Shown here: one piece after another, positions 34,502-44,032 of the stretch
Layout of the letters: each line of letters opens with the position of its first letter
Numbering within the stretch: the first letter of the stretch is position 1
Source of the DNA: a virus
Virus record (IMG/VR): IMGVR_UViG_3300045993_001028
Length of the DNA: 64,000 nucleotides
Strand: one strand, 5' to 3'
Notes under the pieces: model-generated
Told to the model about the DNA's origin: nothing
What the model saw: only the letters and a program-made list of their open reading frames with translations
Database searches by the model: none
Translations under genes and position numbers: made by a program

Positions 34502-34882
34502 ATGCGTTACGCCGCCATCCTGATGTTCGTCGCCGCCGCCGCCGCCGCCGCCGTCCCCTCGTGCAAGCCGGGCAACATGCCGACGCCGATCGCTGACATC
34601 ATCGAGTGCAGCAAGGTCGCGAACCTGCCGGCCGAGTTCGCCAAGCTGTCGGCGCTCGTGCCTGACTGGGCGGCGATCTACGCGACCGCCGTCGCCGACG
34701 TGAAGTCGCTGGGCGTCGCCGTCGTCGGCTGCGTCCTCGCCGACCTGACGCAGCAGTACCTGATCAAGAAGGGCCCGAGCGCGCCGCCGGCCGACACCCA
34801 GAACGCCCGCGACACCTTCGAGCGGTTCCGCGTCGAGCAGGCCCACAACGCGACGTTCGCGACCTCGGCCGGCAACCTGTGA
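34502..34882 (+). CDS. Secreted/lipoprotein-like protein
   Basis: Signal-like MRYAAILMFVAAAAAAAVPSC. Confidence 0.65.
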   Translation: MRYAAILMFVAAAAAAAVPSCKPGNMPTPIADIIECSKVANLPAEFAKLSALVPDWAAIYATAVADVKSLGVAVVGCVLADLTQQYLIKKGPSAPPADTQNARDTFERFRVEQAHNATFATSAGNL

Positions 34883-35619
34883 AGCTAGGCCGATCGAGCA
34901 TCCGGCTCGACCCGCGGACGGCGCACCTGTCCGCGTTCATGCCCGCGCCGTCCTCGGGCTTCCCCGGACCGCCGCTGGCGATCGACTGGAACCGCCGCCT
35001 CCCTGTCGACCTCGGCGCGATGCGGAACGACCAGATCGGTGACTGCGTGTTCGCCGCGATGGGACACGCGCACCAGACCTGGACCGGCGCGGCGCTCGGG
35101 AACCCGATCACGCCGACCGACGACGACGTCGTGCGCGCCTACTCGATCTGTACCGGCTACAACCCGGCGGTCGCCGGCACCGACAACGGCGCGGTGATCC
35201 TCGTCGCCCTGAACCACTGGCGGCGGACGGGGATCGGCGGGCGGCGGATCGACGCCTACTGCGCGGTCAACTTCCGCGACCTCCGGCACGTCCAGGCGGC
35301 GATCGACCTGTTCGGCGGCATCCTGGTCGGCGCCGCGATGCCGAGGTCGGCCCAGCGGCTCGACTGGACCGGCAAGGTCAACCCGACCGGCGACGACGCC
35401 CCGGGGACCTGGGGCGGCCACGGGATGTGGTGCCCGACCTACGACCACCTCGGACCGGGGTTCGTCACCTGGGGGCATCGCCAGCGCGCCGACTGGCAGT
35501 GGTGGAACAACTACGTCGACGAAGCCTACGTCGCGCTGTCGCCCGAGTGGACGGCGCGCATGACCGCGCCCAACGGCTTCGACTACGCGAAGCTGCTGGC
35601 GTACATCGCGAGCCTGTAG
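34879..35619 (+). CDS. Papain-like cysteine peptidase
   Basis: NDQIGDCVFAA (Cys), WGGH (His), VTWG, VDEAY. Confidence 0.75.
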   Translation: MKLGRSSIRLDPRTAHLSAFMPAPSSGFPGPPLAIDWNRRLPVDLGAMRNDQIGDCVFAAMGHAHQTWTGAALGNPITPTDDDVVRAYSICTGYNPAVAGTDNGAVILVALNHWRRTGIGGRRIDAYCAVNFRDLRHVQAAIDLFGGILVGAAMPRSAQRLDWTGKVNPTGDDAPGTWGGHGMWCPTYDHLGPGFVTWGHRQRADWQWWNNYVDEAYVALSPEWTARMTAPNGFDYAKLLAYIASL

Positions 35620-35621
35620 AG

Positions 35622-36176
35622 ATGGCACCCAAGAAGAAGGCGCCGCGCTGCGCCTACCACGAGCACGGCGAGCGGTGCCGGCGGGCTGGCACGGGCAACC
35701 CGCCCGTCTGCGACGCGCACCGCATCGTCCTCGACGAGGCGACGCGGGCGAAGCGCCCGGGGTCTACGATCTTCGGGATCGTCGCCGAGCTCTTCCAGGG
35801 CAAGAGGTCGATCGAGGAGTTCAGCGAGCAGGAGCTCTACGCGGGCGTGTCCGACTTCATCGACGTCGCCCAGCGCATCCCGAGCGACCGCGTGCGAGCT
35901 GCCGCGGCCGGCGCCCAGGCCCGCGCCGAGCAGGTCCGCGCCTGGCAGCGGGCGCAGCGCGGACAGGCCGAAGCGCCGCGCCAGGAAGGCCCCGACGTCG
36001 CCGTCATCAAGGCCCGCGCCGTCCTCGGGTTCGGCCCGCGCGAGCCGCTCACGCCCCCCGCGATCAAGCAACGGCACCGCGACCTCGCGCGCAAGAACCA
36101 CCCCGACCGCGGTGGCAGCGTCGCCAGGATGCAGGAGATCAACGCCGCCGTCGACGTGGTGCTGGCGAGCCTGTGA
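35622..36176 (+). CDS. J-domain protein with N-terminal Cys/His finger
   Basis: ARAVLG...IKQRHRDLARKNHPDRGG...MQEINAA (intact HPD). Confidence 0.85.
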   Translation: MAPKKKAPRCAYHEHGERCRRAGTGNPPVCDAHRIVLDEATRAKRPGSTIFGIVAELFQGKRSIEEFSEQELYAGVSDFIDVAQRIPSDRVRAAAAGAQARAEQVRAWQRAQRGQAEAPRQEGPDVAVIKARAVLGFGPREPLTPPAIKQRHRDLARKNHPDRGGSVARMQEINAAVDVVLASL

Positions 36177-36215
36177 TCCTCCCCTGCGGCTGCATCATAT
36201 GATCCTCCCCTGCGG
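36174..36215 (+). repeat. 16-bp direct repeat, period 26
   Basis: tgatcctcccctgcgg at 36174-36189 and 36200-36215. Confidence 0.9.
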
Positions 36216-36438
36216 TTGCCACCCGCCCTGCGTCGCGCCCGACTCGCACCGGACCACGCTCTCGTTCTTCCGCACCAGCGGGGTCATCCCGACGCCCAAG
36301 TGGGCGATGAACGTGCTGCCACCGCCGGACCCACCGCCGTGGCCCGAGGATCTCGATCGCGGCATCAGGCCCGGCTTCCGCGGCTACCAGCCGCCGAAGC
36401 GATCTCCGTTCTACCCGGGATCTCGCCGGCGCCGTTGA
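36199..36438 (+). CDS. Pro-rich hypothetical protein
   Basis: ATG36199 MILPCGCHPPC... Confidence 0.5.
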   Translation: MILPCGCHPPCVAPDSHRTTLSFFRTSGVIPTPKWAMNVLPPPDPPPWPEDLDRGIRPGFRGYQPPKRSPFYPGSRRRR

Positions 36439-36464
36439 CACGTCACGCGCCGCGCGCGTATGAC
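36435..36464 (+). promoter_or_regulatory. Promoter candidate TTGACA-N18-TATGAC
   Basis: Upstream of the ParB-like gene, which has an AAGGA SD. Confidence 0.5.
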
Positions 36465-36499
36465 AATGCTGGACACCTTACAACTACAAGGACGACACC

Positions 36500-37369
36500 G
36501 TGCAAGCACGCACCAACAAAGCCGCGCTCGACGCTCCCCGCAAGAACGCCTTCATGCTCGACCCCGACAAGATCGTCATCGTCGGGCTCGACACCGCCGA
36601 CGACGACAAGCACGTCCTCTGGGACCCGCGCATCAAGCTCGAGCCCACCGAGGAGATGATCCGCTCGATTCGCGTCTACGGGATCATCGAGCCGATCACC
36701 GTCGCCAAGGACGGCGACAAGACGATCGTCGTCGACGGTCGCCAGCGGGTGAAGGCGGCCCGCGAGGCCGCGAAGCGCATGCGCGAGGCCGGCGAGGGCG
36801 AGCTGCTCGTCCCCGCCATCGTGCGCCGCGCCGACGACCTCGACCTGATGTTCATCTCGCGGGCCGCGAACTCCTGCCGCACCGTCGACAGCCCGCTGGT
36901 CCACGCGAAGAACGCCCAGCGCATGATCGACCACGGCTGCAGCGAGGCCCAGGTCGCCGCGTCGTTCGGCGTCACCGTGCGCGGCGTCCAGCAGTGGCTC
37001 AAGCTGCTCGACCTCGCGCCCGAGGTCAAGCGGGCGGTCGAGGCCGGCAAGCTGACGGCGAGCGCGGCCTCGAGCCTGTCGAAGCTGTCCCGCGACGACC
37101 AGCGGGAGAAGCTGGTCGCGATCGTCGAGAAGGCCCAGGTCACCGGCAAGAAGCCGACCGCCCGCGCCGTCAAGACCGCGGTCAAGGTCGCCAAGGGCGA
37201 GGACCCGGTGATGGCGCCCAAGGAGAAGGTCAAGCTCGCCACGGACATCCTCGAGACGTACGAGCGCAGCAAGTTCCCCGGGCACCCGGACTTCATCCTC
37301 GTGACCCTCGAGGCTCTGGCGAAGGCGATCCTCGGCCGCCTGCTCGCTCCGCTTCCCAGCGACAACTGA
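36500..37369 (+). CDS. ParB/Srx-like N-terminal domain + HTH protein
   Basis: MIRSIRVYGIIEPITV..VVDGRQRVKAA; EAQVAASFGVTVRGVQQWLKLL. Confidence 0.85.
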   Translation: MQARTNKAALDAPRKNAFMLDPDKIVIVGLDTADDDKHVLWDPRIKLEPTEEMIRSIRVYGIIEPITVAKDGDKTIVVDGRQRVKAAREAAKRMREAGEGELLVPAIVRRADDLDLMFISRAANSCRTVDSPLVHAKNAQRMIDHGCSEAQVAASFGVTVRGVQQWLKLLDLAPEVKRAVEAGKLTASAASSLSKLSRDDQREKLVAIVEKAQVTGKKPTARAVKTAVKVAKGEDPVMAPKEKVKLATDILETYERSKFPGHPDFILVTLEALAKAILGRLLAPLPSDN

Positions 37370-37396
37370 GCCCGCTCCCGTGGTAGCCTCGGGGGC

Positions 37397-38146
37397 GTGA
37401 CCGACTACGCCGCGCTCCTGAACCAGAAGAACAGCGCCGCCTCGATGCAGTCGGACGCCGCCGGGGTCCAGCGGCTGCTCGGGATGTACGGGGAGTGGAT
37501 CGACAAGTACCGCGGCGGCATGCCGGCGACCTGGCTCGCCATGATCATGCAGTGGGAGTCGAACGGGAAGCAGGACCTGCCCGGCGACGCGCAACTCGGC
37601 GAGTACGGGCTCTACCAGATCGCCAAGTACATCCCCGTGCTGTTCGGGTACCCGGAGAGCGCCCGCCTCGACCCCGAAACCAACGTCGCGCTCGCCGTCC
37701 TCGAGTACGGCTACGAGGCGTGCCGCTGGGCGCTCGAGTTCCCCGGCATGGTCGAGCTCGGGTCCGCCGACTCGTGGAAGCTGGCCCGCATGACGTTCGC
37801 GCTCGGGCACGCCGGATCCCGCGCTGCCGCGAAGGCGGCGGGCATCCACAGCCCCGGCGACGTCTACGGGGACATCGCCGAGTGGGCGCGGAGCACTGGC
37901 GGCGGCGGCAACACCAAGACCGCGTTCCGCATCCTGTCGATCGACACGCAGTGGCGGACCGCCGAACTCGCGAACGGCGGGTCGCTCTACCCGGGCAAGC
38001 CCGAGCTCATCCCGGCGCCGCCGTCGGGCCCCTACACCTTGCCGCCCGCCGTCGCCGAGATGTTCACCTCCGGCGGCTCCACCACCACGCTCCTTCTGGC
38101 CGTCCTTGGCGGCGTGGGCCTGTTCCTGTACCTTCGGAGGCGCTAA
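37397..38146 (+). CDS. Membrane-anchored lytic transglycosylase-like protein
   Basis: AMIMQWESNG, GLYQI, LDPETNV; C-term LLLAVLGGVGLFLYLRRR. Confidence 0.75.
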   Translation: MTDYAALLNQKNSAASMQSDAAGVQRLLGMYGEWIDKYRGGMPATWLAMIMQWESNGKQDLPGDAQLGEYGLYQIAKYIPVLFGYPESARLDPETNVALAVLEYGYEACRWALEFPGMVELGSADSWKLARMTFALGHAGSRAAAKAAGIHSPGDVYGDIAEWARSTGGGGNTKTAFRILSIDTQWRTAELANGGSLYPGKPELIPAPPSGPYTLPPAVAEMFTSGGSTTTLLLAVLGGVGLFLYLRRR

Positions 38147-38149
38147 CCC

Positions 38150-38599
38150 ATGACCGCGATGTCCTCGAAACTCGGCCCGCCGACCTCGACCAACCGGAAC
38201 CAGGCCACGGTCCTCGCCCCGGGCGCGACCGCCCTCACGGCCGAGACGACGTCGGACCTGTCGACGTTCCTCACGACGGCGGTCGCCAACGGGCAGCCCC
38301 AGGTTCTCTACAACGGCGACCGGCAGCAGGCGAACGTGACGCTGACGCTCGAGACGGCGGGCCCGGTGACCGTCAGCACCCGCGCTGCCCTGAAGACCGG
38401 GCACGTCCTCCAGACCGGCGTCCCGACCACGATCCCGGTCGCGAAGGGGAACCGGCTGTACGTCGCGGCGAGCGGGATCAACCGCATCAGCGTCGACGTC
38501 GTCCCCGTCCCGTGGCAGGAGCAGCAGGCCGGGCTGCTCGCCCAGGTCGTCGCCGGGCTCGGGGCCCTCCTCAACGTCCTCGCTCGAGGTGTCAAGTGA
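38150..38599 (+). CDS. Beta-rich structural-like protein
   Basis: SKLGP; alternating beta strands (VTLTLE..VTVS..RLYVAA..ISVDV). Confidence 0.65.
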   Translation: MTAMSSKLGPPTSTNRNQATVLAPGATALTAETTSDLSTFLTTAVANGQPQVLYNGDRQQANVTLTLETAGPVTVSTRAALKTGHVLQTGVPTTIPVAKGNRLYVAASGINRISVDVVPVPWQEQQAGLLAQVVAGLGALLNVLARGVK

Positions 38600-39435
38600 G
38601 CTACCCGCAGCCTAACGCCAACGCCTACGCCCTCGGTGGGTCCCAGTTCTTCCGGCTCAACACGCTGCTCTCGAGCCCCGGCGACATCTACGAGAGCGAG
38701 CAGAGCGGGCTCGCGCTCGCGATCGGCCCGAACAGCGACATCGCCAAGGTCGGCGTCGCGTACTTCGACGGCCAGACCCCGACGTACATGAACCGGATGG
38801 TGATCGATCCGAACCGGATGTTCCTCGGCCGGCTCGACGCGCGCAATGCCGCGTCCACCTACGCCCCGTCGGGCCGACCTGGGCGGATCCTGATGTGGTC
38901 GGAGGACGCCTACGACCCCAGCTACGTCCCGTCGGCAGCGGTCGGGTGGGGGGTCAGCGACACGGTCACGATCATCCCTCCGCAGCTCGACGTCATCGAG
39001 TTCTTCCAGCAGATCCCGTCCCCGTCGAGGCGCGCTGACCGAGAGTACAAGATCCAGCACGCCGGCGCCAACTTCACCGGCCAGACCTGGCTGGTGTTTC
39101 CGTGCTACGGACGCAAGTTCGGATCGATCTCCTGCACCTGCGGGGGCAACACCCCGACGTTCACGCTCCGCGTTGTCGGAGTTCGGTACAGCGCGCCGTA
39201 CGTCACGTCCGGCGGTGGCGTGACGACCCTCGGCAACCCCACGACAAGCGAGACGACGATCTACTCGGCATCCCTGGCGAGCGGCGCGAGCAAGACGGTC
39301 AAGGACTTCCTCGGCGGCGGAGTTGACACCAACGCGGGCATGTACGACTCGATCGCCGTCTGCGTTAAGTACGTCGCCGACTCCCATGATGGCGGCAACG
39401 TCCCGCTTCGCGTCTACTTCTCCGACGAGCCGTAA
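38596..39435 (+). CDS. Beta-rich structural-like protein (MSY..ALGG)
   Basis: GTG38596 (GTGA overlap), MSYPQPNANAYALGG. Confidence 0.7.
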   Translation: MSYPQPNANAYALGGSQFFRLNTLLSSPGDIYESEQSGLALAIGPNSDIAKVGVAYFDGQTPTYMNRMVIDPNRMFLGRLDARNAASTYAPSGRPGRILMWSEDAYDPSYVPSAAVGWGVSDTVTIIPPQLDVIEFFQQIPSPSRRADREYKIQHAGANFTGQTWLVFPCYGRKFGSISCTCGGNTPTFTLRVVGVRYSAPYVTSGGGVTTLGNPTTSETTIYSASLASGASKTVKDFLGGGVDTNAGMYDSIAVCVKYVADSHDGGNVPLRVYFSDEP

Positions 39436-39445
39436 AGGAGCCACC

Positions 39446-39793
39446 ATGTCCGTCTCTCTGACCGATTACGCAACCATGGCCGGGTACGTCAGCAAGGCGT
39501 GCTGGATGGCGAACTACCTCAACGGCCAGGAGTTGATCACGGCCGCGCAAGCCACCGCCTCCCTGGCGGCCTACAACACCACCATCAACAGCGGACTGAC
39601 AGTGGCCTCGCTGTCGCTTGCGGCACAGCAGGCGGAGTACACGCTCAACGGGCTGTGGCTCCTTGGCACGCTCAAGGCCGCCGTCATCGCCTTCGCCAAG
39701 GCGCTTCTCGCGGTATGCCCCGACCAGGATGTATTCGCCCGCCCCATCGCGCACTGGGCGACGGTCATCTACTCCCTCGCCTCCACGTTCTAG
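39446..39793 (+). CDS. Hydrophobic helical protein
   Basis: AAGGAG SD; Ala/Leu-rich. Confidence 0.7.
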   Translation: MSVSLTDYATMAGYVSKACWMANYLNGQELITAAQATASLAAYNTTINSGLTVASLSLAAQQAEYTLNGLWLLGTLKAAVIAFAKALLAVCPDQDVFARPIAHWATVIYSLASTF

Positions 39794-39801
39794 GAGCAGC
39801 C

Positions 39802-40560
39802 ATGGCGAAGAAGATCCGCCCCCGCCCTGTCCGCAACCCGGGCCCCGGCGCGCCCGGGATCGCGATCCTCGACGCCAGCGGGCGCCCGCTGCCGCCGACG
39901 ACGCGCGAGCTCATCCCGAAGGACAAGGTCTACCCGTCGCACCTCGTCTCGGTGGTCGACCGCGGCCTGCAGACCGATATCACCGCGGTCATCAAGTACC
40001 CGACCGACGTGCTCGAGGCGGTCGCCGCCTACATCGGCGACCGCAACAACGAGTTCCACGTCATCCTGTTCGTCGACTTCCGCGACCGGCTGATCGGGTA
40101 CACCTATCACACGTCGGGCGCCATGGGGATGACCTCGACGAACATCGGCGGGATCTTTCGCGAGGCACTGATCGCGGGCGCCGCGGCGATGTTCTGCGCC
40201 CACCAGCACCCGGGTGCTGATCCGACGCCGAGCCCGCCCGATCGACGACTCTGGGAAGGGATCGCCATGGCGGCCCAGATTCTCAGCGTCCCGGTGACCG
40301 ACAACATCATCATCGGCGACGACTCCTACTTCTCCGAGACGGCCGAGCTGCGGGAGATGAACGCGCGGAAGCTCATCATGGAGTACAAAAGCGGCTTGAC
40401 CTACGCGCAGCTCGAGCAAAAGTACGGGCTCACGAACGCCGAGCTCCTCGAGAAGATGAACTACCGCCCCTCGAAGTACAGCACCGGCAAGCCGGGGTTC
40501 TTCAAGTACCCGTTCCCGATCCCCAAGGGCGCCCGCGTGCCCAGGAACGTCGCCCCGTGA
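39802..40560 (+). CDS. RadC-like JAB/MPN domain protein
   Basis: NEFHVILFVD..RLIG..IFREAL..HQHPGADPTPSPPD..VTDNIII; N-term RPVRNP. Confidence 0.85.
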   Translation: MAKKIRPRPVRNPGPGAPGIAILDASGRPLPPTTRELIPKDKVYPSHLVSVVDRGLQTDITAVIKYPTDVLEAVAAYIGDRNNEFHVILFVDFRDRLIGYTYHTSGAMGMTSTNIGGIFREALIAGAAAMFCAHQHPGADPTPSPPDRRLWEGIAMAAQILSVPVTDNIIIGDDSYFSETAELREMNARKLIMEYKSGLTYAQLEQKYGLTNAELLEKMNYRPSKYSTGKPGFFKYPFPIPKGARVPRNVAP

Positions 40561-42314
40561 CGAAGCACGACGACGAGGCGGCGTATCCGTCGGCACGCGA
40601 GATGAACCGCAAGTTCGGCGTCACGCTCACGACCAACCCGGCGCCCGACGGCGAGCGCGACGACATGGCCTACCCGTCGGCGCGCGAGATGAACCGCAAG
40701 CTCGGGGTCACGCTCACGGTCAACCCGGCGCCGAGCCAGCACCCCCCGCTCGCCCGCGGCTCGCTGCAGCGGCCGACGCGGAGCTCCTCGCTGCCGATCG
40801 TCACGGGCGCCCCCAGCCGCGCTCCGGCGACCGACAGCATGATCGCGATCCTCAACCCCGACGGCGTCGCGATCGACGAGGTCGCGACGCCCGCCGAGGC
40901 CTACGAGCGCGCCCGCGCCCTCTCGGCGACCGGCACGGTCATCGCCGACGGCAACGTCTGGGCCGAGCCCGAGTACGTCACGAACCCGCCCCCGCCGGGG
41001 CGCGTCGGCCTCGCGCTCGCCGCCGCCGGCGTCCAGCCAGTGCCGATCGACTGGGAGCGCATGGCGTGGGGCAGCGACAACTACGAGCGCGAGCTCGAGA
41101 ACGCCCGCGCCAAGCTCCTGTTCCACGGCGAGGATCTGTACCGGGAGATCATCGAGGCTTCCTACGGCACCGCGCACGGCACCGTCGGCGTCGGGCAGAT
41201 CGACGATAACTCGACGTTCAAGAAGAACTGGCTCACGTCGCAGCTCCTGCGCGAGAACCAGAAGATGGCGAAGATCCTCGCCGGCTCCGACCGCCAGTAC
41301 GACGCCCGCGGGCTCTCGTTGCTGCCACACGGCAGCAGCTTCCGCGATCCGTTCTCGCGGTCGACCGACAACGAGCCGAAGTCACCCCACGGCTTCACCA
41401 ACTGCCTCCACTCCACCTCGGAGTGCCGCATGGCCTGCCTGGTCAACACCGGGCAGCGGGCGCTCGGGTCCGGCGCCTTCGCCGCCTCGTATCTCTACTC
41501 GCGGATGCTGCGCGAGCACGCGCCCGAGTTCCTGATGCTCGTCCACAACGAGTGCATCAAGTCGTTCCTCCAGGCGCAGCGCGGCGGCTTCTCGCGCTTC
41601 CTGCGCCTCAACGTGATGAGCGACATCCCGTGGGAGCTCTTCGCCCCCGGCATGATCGAGAACGCCACGCAGGTTGCCCGCAAGCAGATCCTCGGCAACC
41701 GCCGCTGGACGCGGCGCGACGGGATCATGTTCTACGACTACACCAAGGTCGCAGGCCGCACCCCGTCGCCCGACCACTACGACCTGACGTACTCGTTCTC
41801 GGGGATGCAGAGCAGCATCGACGAGATGATCGCCGGCTGGGAGCACGGTCGGCGGTCGGCGGTCGTGTTCGTGTTCCGCGAGAACGAGCTCGTCAAGGGC
41901 ACCGCGGGCGCCGGCTACCGCGAGACGTACTACCGCGGCGACCCCGGGGCCAAGCTGAAGAAGATCGAGTCCACGCACCTCCCGTTCAAGTTCTTCGGGC
42001 ACGAGGTCTTCAACGGCGACAAGAGCGACATCCGCCCGCTCGACCCGAAGGGCACGAAGGTCGTCGGCCTGGCCTACAAGGTGTCGCGCTACAAGGTCCA
42101 GACGAACGCGCTCCGCAAGGACGGGACGCCGAAGGCCTACGACCTGAAGAACTACGTCTTCAGCCACGAGCTCGACGAGAAGATGCCGCACTTCCTCGTC
42201 CGCGTTCACAAGAAGGACGGCAAGCTGATCGTCGCCGGCACCCAGGATCTCGAGAACCGGGTGCTGCGGCAGTTCGAGGACCAGGGTGGCCCGCTCGAGA
42301 GGCAGCGGCTCTAG
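40557..42314 (+). CDS. GP88-like phage protein with N-terminal tandem repeats
   Basis: C-x6-C-x3-C, FLRLNVMSDI, FYDYTK, YDLTYSFSG, NGDKSDIRPLDP..VVGL. Confidence 0.75.
   Translation: MTKHDDEAAYPSAREMNRKFGVTLTTNPAPDGERDDMAYPSAREMNRKLGVTLTVNPAPSQHPPLARGSLQRPTRSSSLPIVTGAPSRAPATDSMIAILNPDGVAIDEVATPAEAYERARALSATGTVIADGNVWAEPEYVTNPPPPGRVGLALAAAGVQPVPIDWERMAWGSDNYERELENARAKLLFHGEDLYREIIEASYGTAHGTVGVGQIDDNSTFKKNWLTSQLLRENQKMAKILAGSDRQYDARGLSLLPHGSSFRDPFSRSTDNEPKSPHGFTNCLHSTSECRMACLVNTGQRALGSGAFAASYLYSRMLREHAPEFLMLVHNECIKSFLQAQRGGFSRFLRLNVMSDIPWELFAPGMIENATQVARKQILGNRRWTRRDGIMFYDYTKVAGRTPSPDHYDLTYSFSGMQSSIDEMIAGWEHGRRSAVVFVFRENELVKGTAGAGYRETYYRGDPGAKLKKIESTHLPFKFFGHEVFNGDKSDIRPLDPKGTKVVGLAYKVSRYKVQTNALRKDGTPKAYDLKNYVFSHELDEKMPHFLVRVHKKDGKLIVAGTQDLENRVLRQFEDQGGPLERQRL
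40580..40731 (+). repeat. Two imperfect ~65-bp coding repeats, period 87 bp
   Basis: AYPSAREMNRK(F/L)GVTLT(T/V)NPAP twice. Confidence 0.85.
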
Positions 42315-42910
42315 TCGTCGGTCCGGCGCCGGCGCGGCGCCTTCTTCTTATCGCGCCCGTCGCCGACCAGGCGGTTGAGCAGGTAGACGAAGTCCATGTT
42401 GCTCAGGGCCTCGCGCCCGCGCCGTTCACGGATGAGTTCGACGATCTGCCCGGCGGACATCGTCGTGAGCTGCGACAGCGCGATGCCGGCGACCAGCGCC
42501 GAGCGGTTGAGGCCGAGGGCGCAGGTCACTAGGACGCGGCGCCCGTTGGCGAGCGCCTGGGCGACGGTGACGCCGGCGACGATCGCCATGTTCACTTCAG
42601 AGCTCGAGAGCGCCGCGTCGGGCAGCGGGCAGTGGATGAGCCGCCCGTGGAACGCCAGCGAGGCGGGCTGGAACTCCTCTGCGCAGAGCACGAGGAGGTC
42701 GATCTGGGCCATGTCGCGGTCGACCGGCGGCTTCGAGCCGACCCACAGCCGCGGCGCCACCTGGCTGGCGTCGTAGGCGGGCCTACGGCGCGCTGCGCTG
42801 ATCCACCCGCCCCGGCGCCCCGGCGGCGCCTTCGCGTGCTCAGGGCAGAACAGGGCGCCTTCTGGCGCCTCGTGAGCGCAGGACGGAGCCAGGCACCGCG
42901 CCCCCCACAC
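42311..42910 (-). CDS. Dual-specificity/tyrosine phosphatase-like protein
   Basis: LWVGS..VLVTCALGLNRSALVA (CX5R P-loop). Confidence 0.85.
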   Translation of the reverse strand: MWGARCLAPSCAHEAPEGALFCPEHAKAPPGRRGGWISAARRRPAYDASQVAPRLWVGSKPPVDRDMAQIDLLVLCAEEFQPASLAFHGRLIHCPLPDAALSSSEVNMAIVAGVTVAQALANGRRVLVTCALGLNRSALVAGIALSQLTTMSAGQIVELIRERRGREALSNMDFVYLLNRLVGDGRDKKKAPRRRRTDD

Positions 42911-42916
42911 GCCGGG

Positions 42917-43663
42917 TCACTTCCCGATGTTGGCGCGGAGCCACGCGAGCTGCTGCTCGGGCGTCGACCCGTCGCAGATCGTGATCGCCGTCAGGTCGAC
43001 CGCGGTCCTGCCCAGCGGGCAGACCCGGGGGTAGTTCACGGGGCCGGTGAAGGCCTCGGTTGAGCAATACTGCCACCCCAGCAGCTTGTCGAGGGGCCAC
43101 CCCATGCTCGTGTACAGCCGCGACGGCAGCGTCGCCCCGTAGCACGCGGTGATCAGGTACTGGCAGCCCATGTGGCTGGTGATCCCCAGGTCGCGCAGGT
43201 ACGAGCCCGCGTAGAGCACCGGCCGCTTGCCCAGCTTGGCGAAGATGCGGTCGGCGAACTTGGTCGTGGTGTCGATGACCTTCGACGCGGGCCCGGCCGG
43301 CGGGTTGCCGGACGTCTCGACGTCGACGACGGGCCACAGGTCGCCGGGCCCCCAGCCGCCGGCGGCCTCGACGAGCGCCAGGAAGAAGTCCGCCTGGATC
43401 GCGCCGTCGGAGTTCACGTCGAGGTAGTGGTAGGCGTACCGGAACCAGTCGACCCCATAGCGGGTGCCGGCGAGCGAGCGGGAGAGCGGCCAGTAGGTCT
43501 TGAACCACTCCTGGCGGGCCTTGCCGATCGGGTACCCGAGGCCCTGGGTCGCCTTGAGCCCGAGCCCGGCCCAGGGGGCGCCGGCCTTCACGAGCGCGGC
43601 GATGTCCGGCTTGCCGCCGAGGTCGAGCGCGTACAGGTCAGGGATGACCGGGCCGACGCTCAC
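42917..43663 (-). CDS. GH25-like muramidase (soluble endolysin candidate)
   Basis: KATQG, YAYHY, PVVDVE, PVLYAG, GWQY; no TM. Confidence 0.85.
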   Translation of the reverse strand: MSVGPVIPDLYALDLGGKPDIAALVKAGAPWAGLGLKATQGLGYPIGKARQEWFKTYWPLSRSLAGTRYGVDWFRYAYHYLDVNSDGAIQADFFLALVEAAGGWGPGDLWPVVDVETSGNPPAGPASKVIDTTTKFADRIFAKLGKRPVLYAGSYLRDLGITSHMGCQYLITACYGATLPSRLYTSMGWPLDKLLGWQYCSTEAFTGPVNYPRVCPLGRTAVDLTAITICDGSTPEQQLAWLRANIGK

Positions 43664-43965
43664 CGGCGCGCTCCGGCGCGGCGGGCCACCGTCCGCTTCT
43701 CGATCTGCGCCGGCACGACGTCCGGCGGGTGGTCGGCCTCCAGCTTCGCCATGCGGGCCTCGGCGAGCTCGAGGACGCGCCGCACGGCGGGCAGGTACTT
43801 CGCGCCGAAGTAGGTCGTCAGCTCCTCGGCGCCGTCACGCTGGAACACCTTGAAGATGCCGAGCGAGAACTGATTGCGCCCGACGCGGCGCGAGATGACC
43901 CCGACGATGCCGTCCGGGTCGCGGATGAGGTCGACGTCCTCGAACGCCGATGATGCTGGAGCCAT
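43660..43965 (-). CDS. Hypothetical protein
   Basis: ATG43965 downstream of TATGGT; MAPASSAFEDVDL. Confidence 0.6.
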   Translation of the reverse strand: MAPASSAFEDVDLIRDPDGIVGVISRRVGRNQFSLGIFKVFQRDGAEELTTYFGAKYLPAVRRVLELAEARMAKLEADHPPDVVPAQIEKRTVARRAGARR

Positions 43966-44032
43966 AGGGGTGGCCCGACCATACCGGAATCCGGCGGGTT
44001 TCGTCCATCTTCGACCGGATGTAGGATGGGGC

